Part shown: positions 38,203 through 51,100 of the stretch, piece by piece
How the letters are laid out: the number at the start of each line of letters is the position of its first letter
How positions within the stretch are numbered: position 1 is the first letter of the stretch
Source: Octopus sinensis
Lineage: Eukaryota
Length of the DNA stretch: 64,000 nucleotides
Reading direction: 5' to 3'
Assembly: GCF_006345805.1 (NCBI RefSeq)
Contig: NC_043011.1
Location: 46,326,464-46,390,463 of the forward strand
Position numbers and translations under genes: made by a program
The notes under the pieces: generated by a model
The model's database searches: none
Told to the model about the DNA's origin: nothing
Seen by the model: the letters and a program-made list of their open reading frames with translations, nothing else

Positions 38203-39731
38203 TATATGCTGCATTTATAATGAAAAATATTTACAATTTCAGGAAAACATTGCAGCCTTTGCATGTGGATTACATGCAGAAGTTTTCATATCAATGCATG
38301 TGCAATAACAGGAAGTAAATCCAAGTGGATGTGCATGCATTGGAGAAACATCTAAATGCACATTATGTAAGCATGGGTGAATAGTAAGGATATTGAAATT
38401 CAATAAATCAAGGAGTGTGTTTAATTTTGGTTAGCTGAATAAGATTTAATAGCAGATATATCTCGTATCAATACACAACTTGAATCTTTAGTCCCATATT
38501 AACACCTCAATGAATTAATACAACAGATTTCGACACACTGGTCTGGAAACGACAACTTCCACAAAGCTAAAAATAACAGTTTTCTACCACTCATAGCTAA
38601 ACATGTATTATAAACCCTATTTTTAACAAGAGCTTAAAAGGCAGCCAATTCACATTATTTTCTGCAAAGCTTAGAATGCAACTCAGTTTAATACAAGAAA
38701 CAATAATTTATTATCAATCTATGAAATATTGCATCTCTTAGCCGTTTTTTTTTCATTCATTGCTTCTATAAAACTAAATTCCTCAATGTGAAACTTCTAT
38801 TTTTCGTAGTCACTGCACAGTGTAACTACTATTTTACTATTCATATCAAAGTAAAGTAACAAAATTATAATCATTAGTGGATTGCTACATCTGCAGAAAT
38901 TTTGCAATGAACAAGACTAATTAATATCATCTATTCAAAAGTGAGCAAAAATGCTTCTTGTTGAGCAAATATTTGACTAATCAAGATGATGCAGTTATGT
39001 AAAAGGATGAAAAGAATTATGCTTGATGGATGCACACAAAGTTTATCCATCCATTTTAATACCAAGTGGTTTTATTTGGTGTCATAATGCCTATTTTTTT
39101 GTTTCTTCTGAAGCAAACAAACAAAACTAGAATGCATTGTTCATAGTACAACTAGGAACCATACTAAGAATTATAATGAAAATTCAAAACAATGCAAAAG
39201 AAGACATAATGACTAAAATAGATTTCATTAGATTTATGGCACACCGGATGACTGGTTAAAGTAGTAAGGGCCATGGGTAATTAGATCATGATTCAAACTA
39301 GACTGTAGTTTTTTTTATTGAGTTCTTGATCAGTATTTTGTTTCACTGTATGTAACAAGACACCAGATCTGGCTTTTGATAGCATGGTTGATAGTGAGAT
39401 AGCATTTACCCATAAATCCTTCAATCTAAGAATAAATACATACATAATGCCAATTTATAGATCTGTACAAAACTAATGAAATGTCAAGATCAAAAATAAA
39501 CTTGAATCTATACTAATTTCTCATACTGGCAAATAAAACTAAAAGCAAATGTAGTAGCCAGAGTAGATTGGAGCAACTGACTTCCAGAACTTCTACTAAT
39601 GTCATTGACAACCAACAGGCAAAAGGTTATATTGACCTCATTAAAATGAATATTCAAAATGTAAAGGGATATTTATTTATTTTAAAACCTCTAAGATTAC
39701 TACCGACAAGTTAACTTAATTTAATACACTG

Positions 39732-39892
39732 GTTTCAAATTTTGGCACAAGGCCAGCAGCAGTTTTAGTGGAGAAGCTAATCAATTATATTGACTCCAGT
39801 GATCAACTGTTAATTATTTTATTAAACCTGAATAGGAACTCAGAATGCTGAGCACTTTGTCCAGCATGCTAACAATTCCGCCAGCTTGCCAC
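39732..39892 (-). mobile_element. Degenerate family B SINE (tail B2), followed by a family C tail stub (39909-39943, minus strand)
   Basis: ggtttcaaattttggcacaaggccagc ... aattccgccagcttgcc; (atc)n gtttaacgtccgtt. Confidence 0.75.
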
Positions 39893-40030
39893 ATTTTAAA
39901 AAATCTAATATCATCATCATCATCATCATCGTTTAACGTCCGTTAGATTTGCAGACCTTCTGGCATACATACACACACATATTTATATATAGAAGTATGT
40001 GTATGTAAATATATATATATATGTCTAAAA

Positions 40031-40349
40031 GACTCCGCCGGTTACGACGACGAGGGTCCCAGCTGATACGATCAATGGAACAGCTTGCTCGTGAAATTAA
40101 CGTGCAAATGGCTGAGCATTCCACAGACACGTGTACCCTTAACGTAGTTCTCGGGGAAAATCAGCGTGACACAGAGAGTGACAAGGCTGACCCTTTGAAA
40201 TACAAGTACAACTCATTTTTGCCAGCTGAGTGGACTGGAGCAACGTGAAATAAAGTGTCTTGCTCAGGGACACAACGCGTCACTGGGAATCGAACTCACA
40301 ACCTTACGATCATGAGCCGAATGCCCTAACCACTAAGCCACGCGCCCTC
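40031..40349 (-). mobile_element. E2 SINE (tRNA head + body X + tail T2) inserted in (TA)n
   Basis: GGCTTAGTGGTTAGGG / GTTCGATTCC boxes; body shared with family D, tail shared with E1. Confidence 0.9.
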
Positions 40350-40386
40350 ACATATATATGTATATACATTCACACATATCACTTAA

Positions 40387-40601
40387 CCCATTAACGTTCA
40401 GGTTGTCAAATGTAATGCTTATTTATTCACATTGTTTTGAATTAATAATGCATTATCTCATAGCTTCGAGATTTTGATGAAATCATTGTTTATTTTTATA
40501 AAAATATTGTAGTACATGTGTGAAAAGTTGCAACTGGCCAGTTTGAATATAAAACAGATCAAATATTCGGATCGGATATGGCCTGTTTAACTGCCAAAGA
40601 G
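40387..40601. mobile_element. piggyBac-type MITE (second family), copy 1
   Basis: TTAA flanks, degenerate CCCTTTAGCATT-like TIR; internally similar to 43493-43701. Confidence 0.7.
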
Positions 40602-41102
40602 TTAAAGTGAATCTATTCAAGTAATATAATTTCACCTGTATAAAGAAGGATAGCTATTGTGGATAGGATGTTAGACTGTAAGTTGGAGATCGCTAAATTT
40701 AAATCACATCACAGGCACTAAATTATTTTAAATACACAAAACATCTCAGTATTGCAGGTAAGAATAGAGAGAAAGATGAGAAAGGAGACAAAATAAGAGA
40801 ACAAGATAATGTAATTATTGGAGTACTGAGATCAAATTCTTTCACACCCATTTTTAGCAGAAAGCTAATACAGCTACATCACATTAATGCACGAAACAGA
40901 AAAATTGAGAGAAAAAGAATTTCTGTAAGTAAAAATGGATTTAAAGGTGTTGGAATTTTCACTTGTTTCAAGATAAGATTTTGTAATTAGTTTTATCTTC
41001 AGGTGAATGGATAAATATGAAAGTAATTTAAATTGAATGAAAATACCAAATGTAAAAAAATATTTTGTATTTTCACATTTTTAACACTAAATAACTAAAA
41101 TA

Positions 41103-41647
41103 TTGGGTTGTCTGGAAAGTTTGTGCCGATTTTTAAAGGAAAGAAAAAGGTAGATAAATACTTGCCATTACATTTTTAATCAACCAAATATAAATCATTT
41201 TGTTGCGCAATGCATCTCCATCTTTCCTTCAACTTGATAATACCCTCTTCCCAGAATTGAGGTGGTTTCATGGCAAAGAATTCATCAAGTTATCTTTTTA
41301 CATTATCCAAGGAATTGAAATTTTTACCATTAAGACTATTCTGCAGAGACCTGAAATCCGAAGGAGCAATATCTGGTGAATATGGAGGGTGGGGTAACAC
41401 ATCCCAGCCAAGCTGCAGCAATTTTTGTCTGGTTCCCAAAGCATCAAGTGCCGAAAATGAACTTTCTTATCTTTCATTTTAAAGGGTTACAGAATTAACA
41501 CAGGTTATAGGAACATAAACCTTCTTCCACAAAAAATTAGCTTAAACTGTGCTCTAAATGGAGGTGTAGTCAAATCCTATTTTATGTTCTAAAATAAGTC
41601 GAAAGGTAAGCTACTATAAATCGGCACGAACTTTCTGGACAACCCAA
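41103..41647 (-). mobile_element. Internally deleted mariner transposon
   Basis: About 30-bp TIR ttgggttgtc(t/c)(g/a)gaaagtt(t/c)gtgccgattt, TA TSD; minus strand encodes MKDKKVHFRHLMLWE and LGWDVLPHPPYSPDIAPSDF..RSLQN (mariner YSPDLAP motif). Confidence 0.95.
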
Positions 41648-42322
41648 TATTTCAAGTTTCTTTCTTTTAGTTTTCTGCTGGAGTTAGCAATGGCATCTAC
41701 TCATAAGACGGAAATGGGCATTAAAATGTTTCCAAATATTTGTATAGTTAGTATGATGTGTTAAGAGTAAAGTCAGCTAACCAATTTCAAAATTCAGAAA
41801 GAGATTAATTAAAACTGATGATGATGATGACAACAGAAATTTACAGCTGGATACGCAGATGAATTAATTTTGCCAGCAATTCAGAATTTTAGACAATTTA
41901 AATATTATTTGACATAAATTTAGTTATTTTCATGAAAACATCTGTTTTTATATTTTACAGCGGAATAATGTGGCATGTATGATGAAATAAGACATCATGA
42001 ACATATTCGTTCTGATATTAGTGTCTCTTAATCACTTAACTACAGTGGAAACATTTGAGAAAAATGTACACGCACACACACACGAAACTCTGTGTGTGTC
42101 TATCTCCTCTCTCTTATCTTCTCTTACATCTCTCTTGCAGATACACAAAAAACAAACAGTTTTAATATACAATTTCACAAGCAGATGTATAATGAAAATA
42201 ATTATAAAATTTTTATCATTCTGAGATTCCACAATGTTACACAGAGACAAGTTGTAAATGTACAAATGAAACATAAATATTTTAGATATGTCTGTAATGT
42301 AGACCACAATTTTCAGATACAA

Positions 42323-42706
42323 TCTCTCTCTATATAAACGGCAGTTTGTCTGTGCGTGTTTCTGTGTGTCTGTTTGCTTGTACCCTCACCCTGACCATGG
42401 CTTTCAACCGATTCTGATGAAACTTGACACACACATAGCCCAATGTCATAATTCAAAACTAACGCAGCAAAAATTTTGAAAAGTTCCCCCAGTTCTGAAA
42501 AAAATCGATAAATTCGACATGGGGTCGAGAATCAGAAACACAAACCGCAAACTGTCTAGGGGACGCAACTCCACCTTTTTTCACTCTAAAAAAAAATTTA
42601 CCATCATTTTTTTCCATTTTTTTGCTATTTTTTGGCTATAACTCTCTAAAAATGCTTTATAGTTATTTCCCTTACAAACCTGAGCAACGCCGGGCGATAC
42701 TGCTAG
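42323..42706 (+). mobile_element. Complete non-autonomous Helitron
   Basis: A|TC 5' end, 3' cctgagcaacgccggg hairpin, CTAG|T terminus. Confidence 0.85.
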
Positions 42707-42960
42707 TTAACTCTAAAAGCAACTTGCAAGGAACACCATTTTTTTCTCGCTAAGATATTGTAAAGAAACTATTTTAGAATTAAACATTTTTGCAGAGGTA
42801 ATACAGAAAAAAACTACAGCTGTTATTTTCTATGTTATATACAACATACTCATCATTATTAGAAATTAGTATAGAAATTTGCGGTTCAATATTCTTATAC
42901 AAACATTTTCATGTTTTGATGATTACAGATAATTATGCTTGTTTCATGTTTTCAGTATCA

Positions 42961-43295
42961 TTGGCTCAGTGGTTAGAGCGTCGAGCTTACGATCGTGAGG
43001 TTGTGAGCTCGAATCCCGGACCGGGCTGCGTGTTGTGTTCTTGAGCAAGGCACTTTATTTCATGTTGCTCCAGTTCACTCAGCTGTAGAAATGAGTTGCG
43101 ACGTCACAGGTGCCAAGCTGTATCGACCTTTGTCTTTCCCTTGGATAACACTGGTGGCGTGGAGAGGGGAGGCTGGTATGCATGGGCGACTGCTGGTCTT
43201 CCATAAACAACCTTGCCCCGACTTGTGTCTAGGAGGGTAACTTTCTAGGTGCAATCCCATGGTCATTCATGACCGAAGGGGGTCTTTACCCTCTT
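42961..43295 (+). mobile_element. Family D SINE
   Basis: tRNA-like head, body X, tail T1. Confidence 0.9.
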
Positions 43296-43492
43296 TATTT
43301 TTTCATAATTATTTAAAAGTAAACATATAATCAACAATTATTATTTCTTTGAAACAAATCAGTCAGTTATAAAGCAAGTTGTTTATTTAAATTATGTATG
43401 GAGGAGGGGAATACACATAGTAATTTTATGTCCTCAAGATTGATGAATAATGACATTTGAGTGAAGATTTCATAGTAGGTTTAGTAGCTTAA

Positions 43493-43701
43493 CTCTTTAA
43501 CATTCAGATTCTTTTGTCAAATGTAATGTTCCTTTAGTCACATTGATTTCAATTAATTATGCATTATCTTGAAGTTATGAGATTTCATTTATTTTTAGAA
43601 TGACATTGTAGGGTAGGTATAAGAGGTCAGATCTGGCTGGTCTGAACATAAAATAGGTTTGATATTATGGCTGGATATGGCCAGTTTTAAATTCTAATGG
43701 G
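43493..43701. mobile_element. piggyBac-type MITE (second family), copy 2
   Basis: TTAA-ctctttaacatt ... aattctaatggg-TTAA. Confidence 0.7.
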
Positions 43702-43819
43702 TTAACAGGGAAGTGAATCAGAATAGAGTTCCATTGATAAATAGCCTTGTAGAAGGAGTAAGCAGTGTTTAATTTTTAATTTCATGCATGCACATTGTTT
43801 GTTGTTGACTTTGTTGACT

Positions 43820-44628
43820 ACACAGGATAGTAGGGTCAGTTGGACACCGTCTGTGAGAAAAACAGCACCATGATGCAATTTACACTGCCAGAAATTTGGA
43901 AGCAACATGCTGTACTGCTTGGCATTCATGCTGGAAGCTCCAGTATGAACATTTCAAAGTGTTCAGTTGTGGATCTGAGGACAGTGCAATCTGAGGACAT
44001 GTACCAAGAGTGATACAAAGCAAGCATCCAGTCAACATCATGGTGTCTGGAGTGTTCACTAGTGATGGTGACGTTATGCCACCATTCATCTTCCCACATG
44101 GCCTTACACTCAACACGGAGGCCTACATCAAATTTGCCTGGAGGACATAGTGCTGCCCTGGGTCAAGAGGGAGGCTGCTGAAATATCCTATATCTGGCAA
44201 CAGGACTCTGCACCATGCCACACAAGCAGAAGAACCTAGTCATGGCTCTAGACAATTCCTGCGACCACATCACCACTAACATCTGGCCACCTAACTCCCC
44301 AAACTGCGACTCCCTTGATTATTATGTGTGGGGCGCAGTTGAGTGAGGGGCCAACAAAACTCCTTGTAACACCAAAGATGAACTGAAGGCAAGGATTATG
44401 GCAGCATTCACCAACTTAAATGAGGAGACTATCCAGAAGAGTTGCAGGAGATTCTGAAGTCGTCTGGAGGTGGTGGTTTAAGCCATTGATAAATTTATTG
44501 AATAAATTTATTCTTTAGTATTTCAAGATATTTTTATGTAATTTTGGCAAATATATCTGTTAAAATGAGATGTCAGTGTTATTTTCATTTTTGCATAATT
44601 TAGACTGCCGTTTATTCACTACACCCTG
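43820..44628 (+). mobile_element. Decayed Tc1/mariner DD37D (maT-type) transposon with an internal deletion
   Basis: 44001-44487 translates, with stops and frameshifts, to HPVNIMVSGVFTSDGDVMPPFIF...WQQDSAPCHTS...IWPPNSPNCDSLDYYVWG; right end ...CACTACACCCTG|TA. Confidence 0.9.
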
Positions 44629-44728
44629 TATATATAATAATTTAATATAGACAGGTGTGTGCAAGGTTTTACCAGAAGGAAAACTATAATTGTCCCTAGA
44701 TATGACTAGGATGCTAGAACACACACAT

Positions 44729-44831
44729 TGCTAGAAATAAGAGCTAAAAAGCTCTAATGCTGAAGTTAAAGCACGTAATTGTAGACATATGTACTGACAG
44801 CATTAGAGCTTTTTAGCTCTTATTTCTAGCA
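44729..44831. repeat. Perfect 34-bp inverted repeat with 35-nt spacer
   Basis: tgctagaaataagagctaaaaagctctaatgctg (44729-44762) and its exact reverse complement (44798-44831). Confidence 0.95.
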
Positions 44832-44869
44832 GTGTATGTCTTCTAACACCTTCGTCATATTTAGTGACA

Positions 44870-44919
<50 letters not shown>

Positions 44920-45544
44920 TACACACATATATTTTCCAATGCATCTTTCGATAAGAATAGTTGTATTGCATCTCAAGTTCATTTCAGAGGTCAGTTGAGA
45001 AGATTTCTACAGACGATTGATGACTGTTCTGAAACGATCTCTAAAAGTAGAAGTACCATAAGCTATTCACGGCAACCTTTTGTAAAGAATCCATGAAGTC
45101 ACCTGAATAACCTTTTTGTATATATATACAATCAAGAAAGAACATTGTTAGCGTTTGAAAATGTCCTATGCTGAAGTGTAACATTTTCTGATAAACGATA
45201 TGCATCCCAGATGTAATAAACAATAGAAAGAGAGTAAATAAACAAGCGGTATCAAAGAATTAAGTATTGATTATGCTTGAAGTATGAGCCTGCACAATGT
45301 TTATAAAACTGTTAAAACTAGGCTGGTATGAACAGATTATCAGCAGTCGTTCATATTTAGTGCTTGAAATAATGAAATTTGAATTTAACTATTAACAACC
45401 ACAAAGCAATATAGAGGTTCACATTTGGATTTAATGAAAAGATACAGAATTTCTTTGACATATTGCTTTCTTTTTGCGAATTATTATAGTTATAGATGAA
45501 TAGATGGAAAAAGAGAAGCATCTATAAAATTTAATCTAACATAA

Positions 45545-45691
45545 GCGCAGCAGTGGCTGTGTGGTAAGAAGCTTGCTTCCCAACCACATGGTTCCAGGTT
45601 CAGTCTCACCTTGGGCAAATGTATTCTACAATAGTCTTGTAAGTGGATTTAGTAGATAGAAACTGAAGAATCCCGTCATGTACATACATAA

Positions 45692-45760
<69 letters not shown>

Positions 45761-45990
45761 TACATACATATCTATCTATCTATATATATATATATGTATA
45801 TATTTATGTGGTGTGCATCTTTGTATCTGTGTTTGTCCCCATAACTTAGCAGTTTGACACAAGGGACCAGTAGAATAAATACCAGGCTTTAAAAAATTAG
45901 GACTGGATTTGATTCATTTATCTAAAAAAAAATTCTGCAAGGTGGTGCGTAAGCATGGCTGCAGTCTAATAAGTGAAACAAGTAAAAGAT
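45545..45990 (+). mobile_element. Family A SINE with small deletions
   Basis: Head, internal (CA)(TA) tract, tail. Confidence 0.85.
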
Positions 45991-46701
45991 AGATATACAT
46001 GCATGGAACAGTAAATGTAAAGTGGTTAATGATGATGAATATTGCTATAATGTTGCAACAAATGGTTCGTGCTAAGTCAAGCAGAGTACTGTACAGTATA
46101 AAACATGTATCAGTAGGTAGCAATAATCTTATTACTTCTACGTTCAACAGAAAATTGAATTTCTCTGACATTTAATATGTTTTGTTTATATTCTTCAGTT
46201 TGGATGAAGGTTGGGTGTATTTGTTGTATGTCCCACAGACAACATGCTCAAAATTTTACTTATATACTTTCTTGATAGGTCACTTCTGAATACAGAATAT
46301 CAAGGTTTCATTAGCTGAGGTCTATTATTGTTTAACATTTGCACCAATCTACTCTGAACTTTAACTCAAAGTAACATCAGTGCCTTCATCACTACTTTGC
46401 ATCAGTCTAAAATAATTTAACATATAAACTTGTACAAACATATTCTTTATTTCCATACACATACACACATATATATCTCACAGTATTGACCAGACCATCA
46501 GATCCCATCATACACTGCTGGTCACATTGCGCTTCCAGTTCTGCCTTGATTGTGCCATTCTTTTCCAGCTTAATCTAAATTGCTTGACTAAAACTAAATT
46601 GACTTTCTATCGTTACATAGAAATTTTTTTAAAAATCTGCCGGTCAAAGTGAAAAGATACAATGATTCAACAACAAAACTAACAATAAAAAAATGGATTA
46701 T

Positions 46702-46905
46702 CATCATCGTTTAACGTCTGTTTTCCATTCTAGCCTGGGTTGGACGGTTTGACCAGGGTCTGGGAAGCCAGGAGGCTGCACCAGGCTCCAGTCTGATCTG
46801 GCAGTGTTTCTACAGCTGGATGCTCTTCCTAATGCCAACCACTCTGTGAATGTAATGGGTGTTTTTTTTTAAGTGCCACTGGCACAGGTACCAGAGGAGA
46901 CTGGC
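46702..46905 (-). mobile_element. Family C retroposon, 5'-truncated
   Basis: catcatcatcgtttaacgtc...ggaagccaggaggctgcaccaggctccagtc. Confidence 0.85.
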
Positions 46906-47913
46906 AAACAGCTAGTAAAAATTTTACTTCAAGGCTTTTACTATTTTTTCAAACTTATAATTCATTCTTGAGATAAGGAGTGAATTTGTAGGACAAATGA
47001 ATGATTCAGTTACGCATTTTACTATTCAGGAAACTTGTTTTTCTCAAATATTTCTTCCTTGTATACACTCTATAGAATCAAACTAAACGACTCTCTTCTG
47101 TAGACTTGAAATGAACATTGTGAAGAATGCTACACATAACCCATCAATTATACATTTGTTTGGAATCACTGTTCCAACACTATATTCTTCGAAGTTAATG
47201 ATACCTTGGGAAGGTTTGCTTTTTCTATACAAATAAAGTATGACATTTGACAGAGTAATATGAATGATAAAGTATTAAAGCAAATGTAAAAAAAAAAAAA
47301 TCAAGATTTTCAGTCATTTATTCTGTTGAAAAATCCAAACAGGTACCAATAATAGTTGATTATTACTTGACTGGTATTTTAGTTTATCAAACACAGAAAG
47401 ATGAATGACAAAGTCGGTATTGGCATATTTGAACTCAGAACATAAAGGGCCAAAACTAAATACCATGAAGCAAATTTGTCTGAAAATTCCAATTCATCAT
47501 ACAGATGAATAACTAAAGGGGAAAAAAGTGGTAGTTTGAATTAAAATCTATAATTCATAAGATATTGACTTGCAAATTTTCTTTAATAATCTGAAATAAG
47601 CGTAACAATAAGAAAATAAATATAGGCTATGAAATATTACTAGAAATTATTAAAACTTTAAAAACTTTTAAACTTATATAGATATTTTATATGAAACAAA
47701 TATAGTTTTAAATACTGCAACTTAACAAACTTCAAATATCTAGCAAATTTCATTCAGAAATTACTTCCATTTGTGACTGGAGTCAGGTGGTAACAGAAAA
47801 AGTTGCTAGATAAATAAATGCATTATAATATTTAGTTTAATCTCTCTATGATTTTACTCTGTCATATATTTTGGTTGATTCTATTCCCTACACATTTCTG
47901 CAAATGTTTTTAC

Positions 47914-47923
47914 CTGCAACAAT
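47914..47923 (-). CDS. Candidate 10-nt microexon ATTGTTGCAG
   Basis: tctttttctttttag|ATTGTTGCAG|gtaaaa; splice sites only. Confidence 0.2.
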
Positions 47924-47968
47924 CTAAAAAGAAAAAGATCTTTTGTTAGTAAACAACAGTATATTTTT

Positions 47969-48186
47969 CAGTTCACGCAGCTGTAGAAATGAGTTTCGAC
48001 ATTACTGGTGCCAAGCTGTATCGGCCTTTGCCTTTCCCTTGGATAACATCGGTGGCATGGAGAGGGAAGGCTGGTATGCATGACTGACTCCTAGTCTTCC
48101 ATAAACAAATTTTCCCAAACTTATGCTTGGAGGGAAACTTTCTATGTGCAATCCCATGGTCATTCATGCTCAAAGGGGGTCTTTAC
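47969..48186 (+). mobile_element. Family D SINE, 5'-truncated
   Basis: Starts within body X; tail T1 intact. Confidence 0.85.
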
Positions 48187-51100
48187 TCTGTATGAGTTTC
48201 ATCGGACCTATGGAGCTCAGATTTTAAAGGCACCGTTTTAAATGTGATCTTTCAAATTCTTACCATCTCTTGTAGAGCTAATCACCACAAGTAATATTCT
48301 ATTCTAATAATTTGGTGAGAAACATTATATTTCAATGAATATAATCAATAAAGATTTCTTGTCTACAAGTATAATCATAATTTAAAATCTTGTATGTTCT
48401 GCTTCAGAAGGCTTGTTATACTCTTGTCAACGTTACAGTTCCTGATTTCAGTTATTCAAGAACATTAATTGTATCAACTTCACTGGTCTTGGAGAACCAG
48501 TAAAGGTCATGGGTGCATTCTTTCTTCCAAACTAAAACTATTTGCAAAATGATTTTTTTTTTTAAAGAAATGTGTAATACTTGGTTTAATTAAGAATTTT
48601 ATAAACTTTTATTTCTCAGTTATACTGTTATTGTGTCTGTGTATTTATTCTTTCTCTGGAATAATGTAAGGCATTGAAATTAAGCTTAATTTATAAAAGA
48701 AAAAAAAAGCAATCACTGGATTTCAAATGTAAATATTTAAAGTTGTTATTTCTATGGAAACGCATTAGAAACCACAATTTATATGACACTCTAAGAGTTA
48801 AGCATTTCATAAATGATAGCAAGTAGAATTCTTAGAAAAGTCACATGTTTCCATCTCATTACTCCACAAATCTGAAGTAACATATTTGTATGCTGGGGGA
48901 GGGATTATTTGTGACATACAGCATGCCTCTCTTTCTTATTTCATTATAAGAATATAATTGAATTTTATAAAAATAATACAAAAGCATCACTTCTCAATAT
49001 TAAAGATAATGCTGGACTTTACTGACAAAAATGATGCAGCATTGTGGAGTGCTGCACAAAAGATCTAGCCAACCTACACCATCAATGCTAAACGGCATAC
49101 CCGAAAGTTGTTACCAGCAAGAATTGGAAAACTTGTTGCATTTTTTCCTATTAATCAGTTGTTATAATGGGTTCCATTCAAGTAAATGTCACAATCACTA
49201 ACTCAGCAGTTTTCCAGCTCGAAGAGCTAGTTTATAATTCATATATTAAGTGAAATAGAAATAATAAATGCATTAATATATTCTACAAAATATAAGTAGC
49301 TCTTTCATCAAGAATTATATGAAATAAATACTTGCATTTTAATATAGTTATTGAATTTCATTTGAAGTTATTTTTTTTCAAAAGATTAAAGACCATTAGA
49401 TGTCTTTTAAATACCTTTTACTGAATAGAAGCAATGAATTATTAAAATTTTGAACATTTATAAATTCTAACATTGCAAAGTACTAATGTGTAGTCAAAGT
49501 AGAAAAGAAACGAATAAAAAAAAATTGCTGAATACTTCTGAATAATTTATATTTACAAAAAAATTATCAGACTTTATTGTATTTCTACAATGAAATATGC
49601 CACTTTTTTTTATCCTGGGTCAAAGACACACAATATTTCTAATAACATTTTGTTTCTGAAAATTAACTGATCAAGTGCAGCTGACAACAAACCTCATATC
49701 AAATCATTTTCAATAAAGTAAAGCAAAATTCTATAAGAATATCCATAAATGCCTGTTCCAGACTTAATATTGCTTTCTAGATTATTTGTCAATCTGTTTA
49801 CCTTTCTATTGTCCCAGCAGACATGTTACAAGTTAAAATTACCAATAACACAATTCTTGCTAGCAGCATTGTGAATAATGGAAAATATCTACATTAAGCA
49901 TAACAGGCATGGCCATCTGGTTGAGGAATTTGCATTGCATCCATGAGGTTCTGAGTTTAATTGCACTGCACTCCACCATGAGAGAGTATCTTCTGCTGTT
50001 GCTTTGAGATGACCAATATGCTGTAAGTAACTCACATGAAATCTAATGAACACTAACTAGAATGAAACTGCAACAATTTGGTTGTTATAATGTTCCTTTC
50101 AGAGCCTGTAACCATCAATCTGTTCCAGGAAAGACTAGTAACACTTTCCTTCAAAAACTTATTTTGTATTTGATTCTAGGCTCTCTATCAATAGAATAAT
50201 GCAATAATTTTAGCATGTTTCCAAGAAATAAAATCACTGTACTTTTTGTATGAAAGTTTTTAATATCACATTTCTGACTGGATAAAGAAGACATTTTTGA
50301 TACAAGAATACAAGTGTACCAATAGTATACAAATGTTTGAATCGTTATAGAAATGGGCAATAACACTAAAAACATGGACACAATTTTACATAAACCAATA
50401 AAGTTTACTCAACTTTCTAAAATATTCTGCTTATGTGTTTTATCTAAAATTCTTTGTAAATGAATGAAATGCCTCCTAGTTTTATTGGGTTAAAAAGTGG
50501 TTTTGTAGTTAGATATCTTGGTAAGGTTAGACAGTCTTCAATGATATAGTATTACTGTGTATATTTCTGATTGATTTGTAGTGTAATGTTTCTTGCCAGA
50601 AGGTACAGCATAACAACAATTTACAATACTATTATGTTACCTAAATGACAGGCACTAATATATATCTTAGATGACAAACACAAATGTGTGTTGTATTTCA
50701 ATACTTAAGTCATAGTGCGATCGACTGCCTATATATATATATATATATGAATAAGTCCAGGCATTAACTATTCAGCCACCAGGTAGCTATATTTACAGGA
50801 TATATTCAGATACTTAAACTTCATAGGAAAGGAATCTGAAATCATGGCTATTTTAACATAACAGATAATAAAAGCACAGAGTTTATTCTCCGCATTCTTA
50901 TCAAATGAAGAATCTGCATTTGTATGAAAGCTACAAAAACCCATCAATTAAGCAGTTTTTCCTTGTCATCGGAGATGGTGACTGAGGAGAAGAATGAATT
51001 GTAACTGAAGTGAATATTTTCCATTTTCTAGCACAAATCATGTGCTTCATATTATATTTAGCTTCTCCGTTCTTCTTGATACAAATACTATTTGTAATCT

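Noticed and set aside
42961-43030. tRNA-like sequences (also 5275, 37830, 40280 and the heads of families A and B)
   Set aside because: A/B boxes are present but there is no proper acceptor stem, and they run straight into SINE bodies, so they are SINE heads, not tRNA genes
48406-48505. Plus-strand exon-like segments (also 21481, 25721, 45000, 46200)
   Set aside because: Each has one good splice site but a weak partner or early stop, and they form no consistent chain
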